Below are positions 13,131 through 24,830 of a DNA stretch of 64,000 nucleotides, in pieces (the first letter of the stretch is position 1; each line of letters opens with the position of its first letter). The stretch comes from Antechinus flavipes (lineage: Eukaryota): NCBI RefSeq assembly GCF_016432865.1, contig NC_067399.1:554156001-554220000 (forward strand). The letters are read 5' to 3'. Both the position numbers and the translations under genes were made by a program. The notes under the pieces are model-generated. The model was given only the letters and a program-made list of their open reading frames with translations. It searched no databases and was not told the origin of the DNA.

Positions 13131-15519
13131 AAAAATAAATCATGTTTCAAAATTATAAAGATGAAGCAAGTGTGATCCCAAAACAGAAATATAAAAAAAT
13201 GCTTCTTCTTGATCTTTTTAAGATGTCAGGGTCATGTATATATAATATTGCAGAGCACCAATTCTCTATATTGGGAATGAGAAGAATAAAAAGGGAAACC
13301 TAGTTTGTATAAAAACAAAAAGATGTAATTAAAAATCTGTTTTTAAAATGTAAGAATTTATTTAAAAGAAAAAGTTTAGATATATAGGATAGTTGAATGA
13401 ATTATTGAATAGTTGATGAACATTGAAATGAATGAATCTACAAATCATGGAAGCATCCTTAAATTTAGGTCTTTAGTCAGATTTTCTTCAAACCTCTCAA
13501 ATGTGCAGAATTAGGCAAGAAATGTTATGAAAAAGAAGCCCTCCCAAGCATTCTGATTCTTTCTACCTCTGATTAGATTAGAAATAAGCAAAATATATTT
13601 ATTTTAGAATATGGACTTAAGAAAAAAGCAGCACTTTTGAAAAAGTATCATGAATTTCATTCAGTATCTATTTTTATGGGAAAATATTTTGTAAAATAAT
13701 GCTTCAAGAGAAAATATACCTCTCTCCTTTCTTTATGGAGGTAGGGCACCATGGGTATAATATATTGCCTGTTCAGTCAGATTGTTGATGTCTTAGTTTT
13801 ACTGAACTACTCTCTCCCTCCCCCCTTAAAATTCTCTGGCTTAAGGGAGAGGAAAGAAGAAGAGATATGTTTGGAAATTCTAGTCATGTAAAAACAACAG
13901 ATTGATTTAAAAAATTTTAAGTAAAAATATGCTTCAGCAAAGCAAAAGAAAAAATGGACACAGATTGTAAAAATCAATTCTGCAAATCTTTTTAGATGAA
14001 TAGAGAATTGGGTGACATAATTCTTAGTGATTTTCGTTGATGTACAAAATGGAAAAAAAAACACAGCTGGAAGATATATCTCTCCTCTGATTATGAAAAC
14101 AAGAGCAAAATTGGAAAGTATAATAAAATTGGAAAATTAAGGAAAAACTGGAATTAAGTTTGTAAGAATAATAAGGGAAACTGATATAGTTGTAGAAAAA
14201 AATAAGACAGAAAGTGACTTGGACTTCCTAATGTTTTTTCCAGAAATATTGAGGGAGTACTTTTCATCGGCATGCTTGTCACTAATTTTTTTTGAAATTC
14301 CATTTCTTAGGTGCTCTTTCCATTTCCAAAACTAGTGTTTTTCTTGAAAGAAAAAAGATAATTGTTTGTGGTTTTTTGAAAAGTAGGCAATCATGTTATA
14401 TTACATATTAGTAAGAATACAAACATGCATGCTTTGTTTTATTATTAAAATGTTTATGAATATTTGTAAAACTTTTTCTCAAAGACAAAGAAGTAATTAT
14501 ATCAATAGCCACATTTGAAATTAATTACATAATATTATATACCATCTGCAAACACTTAAGGGAAAAATGTTCTTATACTTTCAAAGGAGGCATTCAATCT
14601 ATTTAAAAACTTTATCTTTAAAAATATCATTACTATCACAAAAATATCAATACTTTCAAATTCATTCTGATCCTACCATCAGTTGGATTTATTTTGTAAG
14701 GGAACTAAAGTATGGAGGAAGGGAGTAAGATGTTTATGTATAAGAATGAACAATATCTGGATTCAATGTTGAAAAAGGAGAAAGAAATTTATTAATGGTT
14801 AATACTTTAAATATTGAATACCATCTATAATACAGCCATATAACACACTAAAGCTCTTCCCTGCAAGCTATGTCAAAAAGAACATAAATAGCACAGGAGT
14901 TTTAATGTAGGCATTGGGAATGGTACAATTCTGTTTTAGAAAGGGAACATTTTTTCACCCCCCTGAAAGCTAACAAAAAGAATATCATACTGTAGCTTCA
15001 AGCAGTATTTTTCATTCAACTTTTACATTTTTGTAGAAAAAGAAATTTAATTTACCTAAATGAAATTTTGTAAAATTCATTTGCATTCCAAAAAACATTG
15101 ATCTACAATCAAATAGAGATTTTAATCTACAAAGGATGTTAGAATTGTACATAATGGCTTGGATAAAGATGTATCATTTACAAATGGGAAAATTGATAGT
15201 ACCAATTTAACTGATGCATACAATTCCCCAAATAGTATATATATTTATATTTATACATATATATGTCATAAAGTTCTAAACATTTCTACATAAGAAATAA
15301 AATCTAAGAAACTTTGTCATCTTCTTTAAAATAGTTTCTCTCCCATTCCTATTGTATCAAAGCTAGAAGAGTCTCTTTCCACAGCAAGTATAAATCTGTC
15401 CGTTTGCATCTATTTGTTCTTCAAGATAATTAGGATATCAGATAATTAAGGAACAGTTATCAGCACCTCACTATTCCTTAGAAGAATTGAAGTAGTTGTG
15501 ATACAATAAAAAGAATTAT

Positions 15520-15950
15520 AATTTGACTCAAAAGACTTAAGTTTGAATCTTTATTTTTCTATGTCATTCAACATCCTTGGATCTCAGTTTCCTCATCTGC
15601 AAAGTGAGGATAATTTCATTTTCTGCCTATGCCTGTTTGCATAAACTGACTCTGATATCTGAAATTCACTTCCTCTTTACCTCTGCTTCTTCAAATTCCT
15701 ATCTTCCCTCAAAGACCAGTCAGCATATGTGGTATTTTCTATTCCAATTCTTTCCTGATCACTGTACTTCTAATTGTTAGTGCTTTCTATTTAAGTTACA
15801 TTTTATTATTTTGCACATATTTTCTATTTTTTTCCTGTTGTACCTCTCTCACACATTCTCCCTCCTCATGTCATGTAAGCTCATTAAGGATAAAGTTTGT
15901 TTTCAGTTTTGTTCTTGTATCCCCAATATCTAGCACAGTGTTTTATACCT
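15520..15950 (+). mobile_element. MIR fragment followed by an L2 3' tail
   Basis: MIR core ctcagtttcctcatctgcaaagtg at ~15582-15606; L2 tail tgtaagctcattaagg...ttgtatccccaatatctagcacagtg at ~15875-15940. Confidence 0.65.
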
Positions 15951-15952
15951 AA

Positions 15953-16410
15953 TATTGTTCATCTTTCATTTTTGAAGAGGACCAGTGACATAAATAATAG
16001 ATAACATAAATTGGACTTAAATGAAGTAGATTTGCACAAAGTCATCAGCTTGACTCTCTCTTCCAGAGTCATCTAAGTCCAGCAGCAAGACAAAAGTCAA
16101 GACAGCTGCTGATAACTTAGGATGCAGTGGATGACCTTGGCTTTTTTCATGTCAGACTATGTCATAAGTGCCCCATAGGATCTACTTCAATCACTTACAT
16201 GGATATCGAAACAAATCTGCTCATTCCACCAGGGGAAATCTTCACATGCCAAAGTAGACATCCCCTTAACTCACCAATAAATTTGCAGCCTATTGGTTAC
16301 TTTCAACCTGGTTCAGCCCATCTGCCAAGATGGTTTACTGATATGACTGCTGTACATGCTATAGCTTCTTGAAACTGCAGATGAGAATTGGGTGACAGTT
16401 GGACACTGAG
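15953..16410 (-). mobile_element. RTE-related SINE (WALLSI/RTESINE type)
   Basis: Begins with the reverse RTE tail ttgttcatctttcattttgaagaggaccagtgacat and contains aagtcatcagcttgactctctcttccagagtcatc; homologous second copy at 44915-45400. Confidence 0.7.
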
Positions 16411-16886
16411 ATAGGTGAGCTTATCCTTTTATATAAAGGGACAATAATTTTCCTTAAAGAAATAAAAAATAATTTACCATAATATATACATTATTTAACG
16501 CATATGGTGGTTATGAAAAATAAATGAGGAAAAGGTTGTAAAAGCATTAAAAGAGCCTTATAAATTCTCAATCCTCTATAAATGGCAGCTGTTGTTATAA
16601 TTTATTGTTCCACAGCATGTTGAACTCTGAAGTCTTTTGGGACTCTTGGATTTTACAGGTACAGGAAAACTTAGAATAATTTCTATCAATTTTCCTTCTT
16701 TAGGGAAAGGATAGAGATTGACCCTGTAAGATTTCATTTTTATGTGGTCTCAAGTAACTCCCTCTATCAATGGAAGTCAGTACTTCTCTGCAAATTATTG
16801 TCTTAATTGACTGAAGCATTGAGAGTTTCAATGACTTAACAGGATTTTATAACCAAATTTCTAGGGTTCTTTAAATTATATGATAT

Positions 16887-17031
16887 GGGGGCAACTAGGT
16901 GGTGCCATGGATACAGCACCTGCCCTGAAGTCAGTAGTACCTGAGTTTAAACCTGACCTTAGACACTCAATACTTACTAGCTGTATGATCCTGAGTAAGT
17001 CACATAACACTAAGTGTCTTACAAAAAAAAA
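16887..17031 (+). mobile_element. WSINE1-type short SINE, full length
   Basis: ggggcaactaggtggtgccatggatacagcacctgccctgaagtcag (A box), gagtttaaacc (degenerate B box), truncated CORE and A9 tail; ~145 bp. Confidence 0.85.
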
Positions 17032-17810
17032 GAATGTTAAAATGCATGGTACAAATATGAGTTTTCCTCAAAAATGCAAATTTTTTAGCTTCTAGAATCT
17101 ATGTGAATTAAGTGAAACTCCAGAGCCCTTCTTAGAATAAATTTATTTTGTTTTATAGAAAATATATAGTATATAAATTTCATACCTATCTTACATTACA
17201 TATTGTATCTTATGTAAATTTATCTTCTGTCTTGTAGTAGACAGAAAATTATCTTTCATAAAAGCCCTACAAGATCTTATAAATGATTTTCTATCATAAG
17301 AATGTTGTCTGTCCTTTTTAAATTTCTTAATCATAATTGCTAGAATCATAGCATTTAGAATTAGAAGGGTTGGTAAGATTATCTGCATCATTTTGAAGAT
17401 AAGGAAATTGAGGATCTATGAGTCAGCCAAGATTACACAGGTAACAGTAGGAGAACTGGGGCTATAGCCCAATTCTTCTGACTCTTTACAAAGCATTTGT
17501 CTCCAAACCAACTGGTCTATTAGGAAATTTGTTAGCAACTTGCTTTAGAAGAAAATCCTTTTTGCTTTCCAAAGTCAAATACTTTGGCCGGCAGCATGTT
17601 TAATAGTCCTATTAATTCATCTCTCTTTGTGCCAGGATCTGTCCAATTCTTGGCCCAGGACTAATTTTCTGTCATCTCCTTGTGCTCTTTGATACTTCCT
17701 TCTACCTTTATCTCACAGAAGAAATGTCTGCTTCCCTTCATCTTTTTTCCCCCTACAAATCTGTTTAGCCCACTCATTTCTATAGTCACTGATTCAACTC
17801 ATTTCTCCAG

Positions 17811-17906
17811 GGAGGATTCAATCTCATCCACCTTGTCATAAACGGAGCCCAGAAAACTTTAATGACTGTTTTTGTTGTAAGCAATGAGCCACAGATGCTG
17901 CAGAAG
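17811..17906 (+). other. Candidate 96-nt internal exon, parent transcript unknown
   Basis: Branch-like ctgat, pyrimidine tract and CAG|G acceptor at 17810; AAG|GTAAGA donor at 17907; length divisible by 3; phase 0 open (GGFNLIHLVINGAQKTLMTVFVVSNEPQMLQK). Signals only, with no transcript evidence. Confidence 0.3.
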
Positions 17907-18348
17907 GTAAGAAGGTTGCCAAGCTCTTTGTAGACAAGTTGACTCAAGAAATTTTGATGTTTTCATCTTTTTGAAACTACAGTTTATTCTCTGATGGATA
18001 TTTCTACTATATTATCTACCAAGAGCGTCAGCATTTTATCAGGAACACCAGAGCAGACTTTTGCTGACAGAATGTAAAATAATTCTGTACTTTATTCTTT
18101 ATTGTGACAGTTGGTTTGGCTACTGTGATAATTTTGTAACTTTTTTTCTAAAAGTTCCTTCTTTGGTGATATTTAAAGTACAGATGAATATAAGAAAAGA
18201 AGTTCATTATCTATCTGCTCTGGATGACTCAGATTCAGGTTATTCATTTAGAAAGCTGCTCAATGTTTTGTGCAACTTTTATCATCCTCTGGTGCATTTG
18301 TAAGCTTACCACTGACCAACTAAACACTAGCCATAAAGCATATTCTTT

Positions 18349-18351
<3 letters not shown>

Positions 18352-18389
<38 letters not shown>
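18352..18389. repeat. (AT)19 microsatellite at the tail of an L1
   Basis: Directly visible; abuts the 3' end of the minus-strand L1 at 18390. Confidence 0.95.
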
Positions 18390-18391
<2 letters not shown>

Positions 18392-19290
18392 CCAATTACA
18401 TGGAAAAATAATTTTTAACACTCATTTTTAAAAAAAAAATTCAAGGCACAAATTTTTTCCCTCCCTTCCCTTCCTAAAATGGTAAGCAATTTGACACAGG
18501 TTACATATGTGCAATCATGTGAGACATATTTCCCAATATGTTATATTGTGAAAGAAGATACAGAACAAAAGGGAAAAATAAAAAAAAATAAAGTGAAAAT
18601 AGTGTGCTTTAGTCTTCACTCAGACTTCATCAATGCTTTTTCTCTATGTGGATAGCATTTACCATCACGAGTCTTTTGGAATTGTCTTTGATCATTCTAT
18701 TGCTGAGAAGAGCTAAGTTGATCATAGTTAATTATTGTACAATGTTGCTATTACTGTGTACATGTTTTTCTCCTCACTTCACTTTGCATCAGTACATGTA
18801 AGTACTGATTACAGGTTTTTCTGAAATCATCCTGCTTGTCATTTCTTAACAATAAAACATTACATTCATGTATTACAACTTGTTCATCTGTTCCACAATT
18901 GATGGACATCCCCTCAAAATTTCCAGTTTTTTGCCACTATAAAAAGAGTTGCTATAAATATTTTTGTACATATAGGTCCTTTTTTCTTTTTTAATGATCT
19001 CTTTGGAATATATATCTAGCACTGGTATTCCTGGATCAAAGGATATAGCTAGTTTTATAGCCTTTTGGACATAGTTACAAATCATTCTCTAGAATGATTA
19101 GATAAGTTCACCATTCCACTAACATGGAATCAGTGCATCAGTGTCCCAATTTTCCCATATCCTTTCCAACATTTATCATTTTCCTTTTTTTCATATTAGC
19201 CAATTTGATAGATATGAGGTGTTACCTTAGAGTTGTTTTAATTTGCATTCTCTAATAAATAATGATTTACAGCATTTTTCCACATGACTG
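18390..19290 (-). mobile_element. 5'-truncated L1 (ORF2 C-terminus plus 3' UTR)
   Basis: ORF-track peptide 18873-19085 (NYVQKAIKLAISFDPGIPVLDIYSKEIIKK...GCPSIVEQMNKL) is L1 ORF2 C-terminal sequence; the 3' UTR resembles marsupial L1. Confidence 0.9.
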
Positions 19291-19699
19291 ACGGCACATA
19301 GCTCATAAAACATGTTCTAGGATAAGTCTTCTTGCTGCTTAGCTTTAACCTTTGCCAGAAGATTTCAGGATCCAGCACAGATGTGTCAAGGCAGAATTAG
19401 ACTTTTTTTTCCCTATGAAAGTAGACATAGTTCCCAATAATAAAGAGTTAAAGAGTGTTAAATAAGCCAGTTAATTTTGCAGAATGTTGATCAGAGGCTC
19501 ACTACTATTAAATCTATTAAATAATTCTCATTGCTTAACCTCTACTTAATATATTTGTGTACAGAAAGATACAGTCAGTGCCAGATGGACTAAAAATCTA
19601 AATGATACAAACAGGGGAAAACAGAGCCAAATGGAAAGAACATACAAAATATCTCTTCAGATTAGAATGTGAGCAATACTATTCTATTTATGTAACATG

Positions 19700-20130
19700 A
19701 AAAAGCAGAAAATTCAACAAACACTTATTAAGCTCCTACTATGAACAAAGAATGACACTAAGAATTAAGAATGGAAAGATAAAACCAAAAATTCTCTGCT
19801 TCGCTGAGTTGATATTGGTGGGGATGAAACAAGGAATTGGAGTGGGATGATACAACTGGTCCATGAAGAAGTAAATACAAAATAATATAAAACAATTTAA
19901 AGGAAAGAGACAACTGGGGAGGAGATACTCAGGAAAAATAATTTGTCGAATATGGCACGTTGGTTGTGCTTTGAAAGAACCTAGGAATTCTATGAGACAG
20001 AAGACAGAAGGAAGAGGCATTTCATACTTGCAGAATCCAGCTGTACAAAGGCATGGAAGGAGATGGGCAATTGTCATATACAAGGAATAGCTAGTACTGG
20101 AACAGAAAGTATATGAAAGTCTGCATGTGA
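19700..20130 (-). mobile_element. L2 3' fragment
   Basis: attcaacaaacacttattaagctcctactatg is the reverse L2 tail; gctttgaaagaacctaggaattctatgagacagaag follows. Confidence 0.7.
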
Positions 20131-20139
20131 GTGATGCAA

Positions 20140-20560
20140 GAACAATGAATATGGTGAAGATATAAAAGCACGGAAAGACTTACATGAACTGATGAAAAGT
20201 GAAGTAAATAAAACCAAGAGAACATATACCCATTGACTTCAATGATGTAAATGGAAAGAACAACCCCCATGAAAATGAATGTTTCAAAATTACAAAAATC
20301 AAACCTGGCCCCACCGGAGATCTGTGAGAATACATTTCCCCCACATTTTTGTAAAGACTATGGACTACCACAGATATGGAAAGATTTTTTTGATATACTG
20401 ATTGTTTTTGTTGATTCTTTTCTTCCTTTTTCCTTTTTCTTATTAAATATTAAGTTTTTTTTTAATATGGCATGACTCTCTGAGAAATGTTTGGGGAGTG
20501 ATACAAGGAAAAGTTTAGGCACTGGAAAAACAAAAGATATCAATAAAATGTATTTTTTTA
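20140..20560 (+). mobile_element. L1 3' end, tail-to-tail with the next L1
   Basis: catggaaagacttacatgaactgatg-like motif (gcacggaaagacttacatgaactgatgaaaagtgaagt, WKDLHELM..E) followed by a UTR ending in aataaaa. Confidence 0.75.
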
Positions 20561-20569
20561 AGATTCATT

Positions 20570-21850
20570 ATTTATTTGGTTTTTTAAACATTATTTTCTT
20601 TTAAAATGTTGAACTTTAGGTACCTTCTTTTGCCCCTCCCCCACTCACTGAGAAAGCAAACAATGCAATATCAATTATACATATAAAGTCATGAGAGCAA
20701 ATTTCCATATTTCCCATTTTGCAAAAGAAAATAAAGAAAAATCATATTTCAATTTGCACTCAGAAGTCATCATTTCTCATTCTGGAAGTACAAATCTTTT
20801 TTTTAAATCATGACTCCTTTGGAATTGTCTTAGATGACTATATTGATCAGAATAGCTAAGTCTTTTATCATTGGTCATCATTACAACTGTTGTTTCTGTG
20901 CACATGATATCCTAGTTCTTCTAACTTCATTTTGCATCACTTCATATATGTCCTGCTATGTTGTTTTTTTCCCTGAAACCTCTCTTTTATCATTTCTTAT
21001 AGCACAATAATATTCCATCACAATCATATCCCACAACTTGTAAAGCCATTCTTTGATCAATGAGCATTGCCTCAATTTCCAATTTTTTGCTATGATAAAA
21101 GAGCCACTATAAATATTTTTGCATATATAGTTCTTTTTCTTTTTTTCTTTGATATCTTTGGAGTACAGACCTAATAGTTATATTGCTGGATTAAAAAAGT
21201 ATGCTCAGTTTTATATCCCTTTAGGTATAATTCCAGATTATGTTCCAGAATGTTTGGATCAGTTCACTATTCGACCAAAAGTTCATTAATATATCTATTT
21301 CCTCTCTTCCCCTCCAGCATTTGTCACTTCTGTTGGGTGTGATTTGGTCCATTGGAGTGGTTTTAATGTGCCTTTTTCTAATCATTAGAGATTCAGAGCA
21401 TTTCTTCATATGACTATAGATATATTTGATTTCTTCTTCTGAAAACTACCTGTTCATATTTTTTGACCACATATCAAGTCATTTTTATTTTCATAAATCT
21501 GACTCAGTTCCCTACATATATTTGAGAAATCAGGCTTTCATCAGGGAAACTTGAAATAAAATTTTTTATATTATTTCATTCTTTATGGTACCTTTTAGCA
21601 AAATGTAGTTTTCCTAATTATTTTAATTAGATATATTTTTGCTTTTACTTTCTCTAACATCATATTTGCCAACCCTGCTCTACTTTAATTGAAGCATAAC
21701 ATCCTCTGCTCAAGACCTTCATGTCAACTTGTGTGTGTCTTTCTGTTCCAAATGTGTTTCTTGTACACAACATTTTTTGGACTTTGGTTTCTAATTCATT
21801 CTCCTATCTTCTTCCATTTTATGACTAAGCTCATCTTATTCACATTCACT
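20570..21850 (-). mobile_element. L1 with the ORF2 endonuclease start joined directly to the ORF2 C-terminus
   Basis: 21567-21850 (minus) resembles the EN N-terminus (ctacattttgctaaaaggtaccata = YILLKGTI); 20990-21568 is the ORF2 C-terminal region; 20570-20990 is 3' UTR. Confidence 0.75.
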
Positions 21851-22559
21851 TAAATCCAATTAATGGCATCACCTCCCTGTCATGGTTCTCTTTGAAAACA
21901 AAGGACAAACAACAATAAAAGAAAGTACACATATAAAATGACTAGAAAAGAGGAACAATTATGTAGATCCCTCAATGCCAGTCTGAGAAGTTTGTGTTTT
22001 ATCATAGAGGTAATAGGAAGCCAATGAATATTTTTAGTATGAAGTGATTCAGTGCAACCTGTGTTTTGGGACTATCAATTTGACAGCAAAGTAAAGGATA
22101 AATTAGAGGAGACAAAGACTAAAGGTGATTTGGAGACCCTTGTAAAAAGTGGTTTTTATAACCATACAGAATACTTTTTGTTATACAATTATTTCTATAA
22201 AGCAGGAAAAAAAATTAATTATCCTATGGGTGCTAAGGAACTATATATGCATTTGAGGATGGAGCTTCATTTTTTCTTCTCAAGACTTCTATACCATTCT
22301 CTACATTTCCCTCTCAGCAGGTCTGTCTCATACTTTACTGACAATGTAGAGACTATTTGCATTAAGCTTCTTCTTCTTCTCCACTCTACATCTCAAAACC
22401 CCCAAATACCATTCCCTAGTCTGTCTCCTTTTCTACAGTTTTTGATGGAGGTGGCCTTTCTCTTCCTAGTGAGCAAACTTTCTCTATTAGTCTGGATCTC
22501 TTTTCCTCTTATCTTCATTCACCAAGTAACCCTCACATTAATCAAACCCTTTTTCTTTC

Positions 22560-22662
22560 CCAGCTCTGTGATCCTATGCAAGTCATTCAACTTTTGTAGA
22601 CCTCTATTTCTTCTTCTGAAAAATGAAGAGATTGGTCTCAATAACCTCTAAGTTTCTTTCCA
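22560..22662 (+). mobile_element. MIR fragment inserted in the L2
   Basis: gctctgtgatcctatgcaagtcattcaac...ctgaaaaatgaagagattggtctcaataacctctaagtttctttccag is the MIR core and tail. Confidence 0.75.
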
Positions 22663-23542
22663 GAAAAAAAATGTACTGTTCATGATCCTACCTACTGACG
22701 TCTCAGTTGCCTCCAGACATGCACAGTTCTCTCCCATCCAAATAATCTTTGTTTTACACTACCATTACCTCGAGGTATCATCCTTTACCTCTCCTCCCTT
22801 TCACAGTCAAATTCCTACAAAAAAAAAAAAAAACTATTCCCACTTATTATCTTCCCTTTTCACTCACCTCTTTTCTTCTTCCAATGCGGCTTCTGACTTT
22901 TCCCTCATCTGAAATTGCTATCTCCAAAATTATCAGTGAGATCTTAATTGCCAAATCCAATGGCATATCCTCCTTGGTATCTCTGAAGCACTGGATACTA
23001 TTGAACAATATTCTCTTAACTATTCTCTCCTCTCTGAATTTTTACAATACTGTTATCCCTTCTTTCTTTTTCTACATGTCACCTCTGCTTCTAAGTCTCC
23101 TTTGCCAGATCATTTGCCTCCACATGAGAGTGTACCCCAAGATTCTTATCTGCCCTCTCTGTATTACTTGGCTTATACTTTCACAGTGATCACATCAATT
23201 CCCACAGGTGCAATTACCATATCAGTACAAATAATTGTACCACATCTATACATTTATCCCTAATTTTTCTCCTGAGCTCCAGTCTCAAATTACAAAAAGT
23301 CTATTGGATAATTCCACATGGATGCTCTGTAGGTATCTCAAATTCGACACATTTTCTTTCTTCAAAATCTCTGTTTCTCTCTCTTTTACAGTCTAGAGAA
23401 TCCCCATCTTTGAAGTTGTCCAGGAATTCAAAATCATCCTATATTTCTCATCCTCCTTAATCTATTACTAAGTCTTCTAGTTTTACCTCCACAACATGTC
23501 TTATATATATCCCCTTCTCTCTACTCATATGATTAACATTTT

Positions 23543-24830
23543 ATTTTTTAATTTTTTGACAATACTTATCTTTAATCCATTGAATATAATATTGCTCCTC
23601 ATATTGCATATAATACTTTATCTTCTCTGTCAATTTTTATCTTTGATTAAATTTAATATTACTTTGATTTTTTCCATGTGTTTTTTCTTTTTGTTCCTTC
23701 CATTTGTGTGTATTATTTTTTCTAAGCTAATATGTGTGATGTGTATCACAAGAGAATCCCTTCTTTTCCTTTCCTGTCCTTTCTCTTCTTTTCCTCTCCT
23801 CTCCTCTTCTTTCCTTTTCCTTCCCTTTCCTTTCCTATTCTCCTTTCTTTTTTTCCCCTTCCTTTTCCATTCCCTTTCCCCTTTCCATTATGTCTTACTC
23901 CTTTTTTTCATAATTACAACTTTTTATTGACAGAGCCCATGCCAAGGTAATTTTTTACAACATTATCCCTTGCACTCACTTCTGTTCCGATTCCCCCCCC
24001 TCCCTCCAGCCCCTCCCCCAGATGGCAAGCAGTCCTTTACATGTTGAATAGGTTACAGTATATGCTAGATACAATATATGTGTGCAGAACCAAATAGTTC
24101 TCTTGTTGCACAGGGAGCATTGGATTCAGAAGGTAAAAATAATCCGGAAAGAAAAACAAAAATGCGAACAGTTTACATTCATTTCCCAGTGTTCTTTCTT
24201 TGGATGTAGCTGCTTCTGTCCATCCTTGATCAATTGAAACTAAGTTAGATCTTCTCTTTGTCGAAGAAATCCACTTCCATCAGAATACATCTTTATACAG
24301 TATCATTGTTGAGATATATAATGATCTCCTGGTTCTGCTCATTTCACTCAACATCAGTTCATGTAAGTCTCGCCAAGCCTCTCTGAAATCATCCTGCTGG
24401 TTATTTCTTACAGAACAATAATATTCCATAACATTCATATACCACAATTTATTCAGCCATTCTCCAATTGATGGGCATCCATTCATTTTCCAGCTTCTAG
24501 CCACTACAAACAGGGCTGCCACAAACATTTTGGCACATACAGGTCCCTTTCCCTTCTTTAGTATCTCTTTGGGGTATAAACCAGTAGAAACACTGCTGGA
24601 TCAAAGGGTATGAGCAGTTTGATAGCTTTTTGGGCATAATTCCAGATTGCTGTCCAGAATGGCTGTATGTGTTCACAATTCCACCAACAATGTATCAGTG
24701 TCCCTGTTTTCCCACAAGTCCTCCAACATTCCACATTATCTTTCCCTGTCATTCTAGCCAATCTGACAGGTGTGTAGTGGTATCGCAGAGATGTCTTAAT
24801 TTGCATTTCTCTGATTAATAATGACTGGAG
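23543..24830 (-). mobile_element. Young dasyurid-type L1, 5'-truncated, carrying a ~345-bp 3' transduction
   Basis: L1 body 23902-24830 (peptides MFVAALFVVARSWKMNGCPSIGEWLNKLW and LRYHYTPVRLARMTGKDN); identical 17-bp TSD CATATGATTAACATTTT at 23526-23542 and 24831-24847. Confidence 0.9.
23759..23886 (+). repeat. Degenerate (TTTCC)n pyrimidine tract within the transduced segment
   Basis: Directly visible. Confidence 0.9.

Noticed and set aside
22052-22651. 199-aa ORF on the + strand
   Set aside because: It runs across unique sequence, an L2 and a MIR, is Leu/Phe/Ser-rich as expected from T/C-rich repeat DNA, and has no recognisable domain.
23496-23930. 144-aa hydrophobic ORF resembling a membrane protein
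   Set aside because: It is the translation of the T-rich transduced flank and the (TTTCC)n tract.
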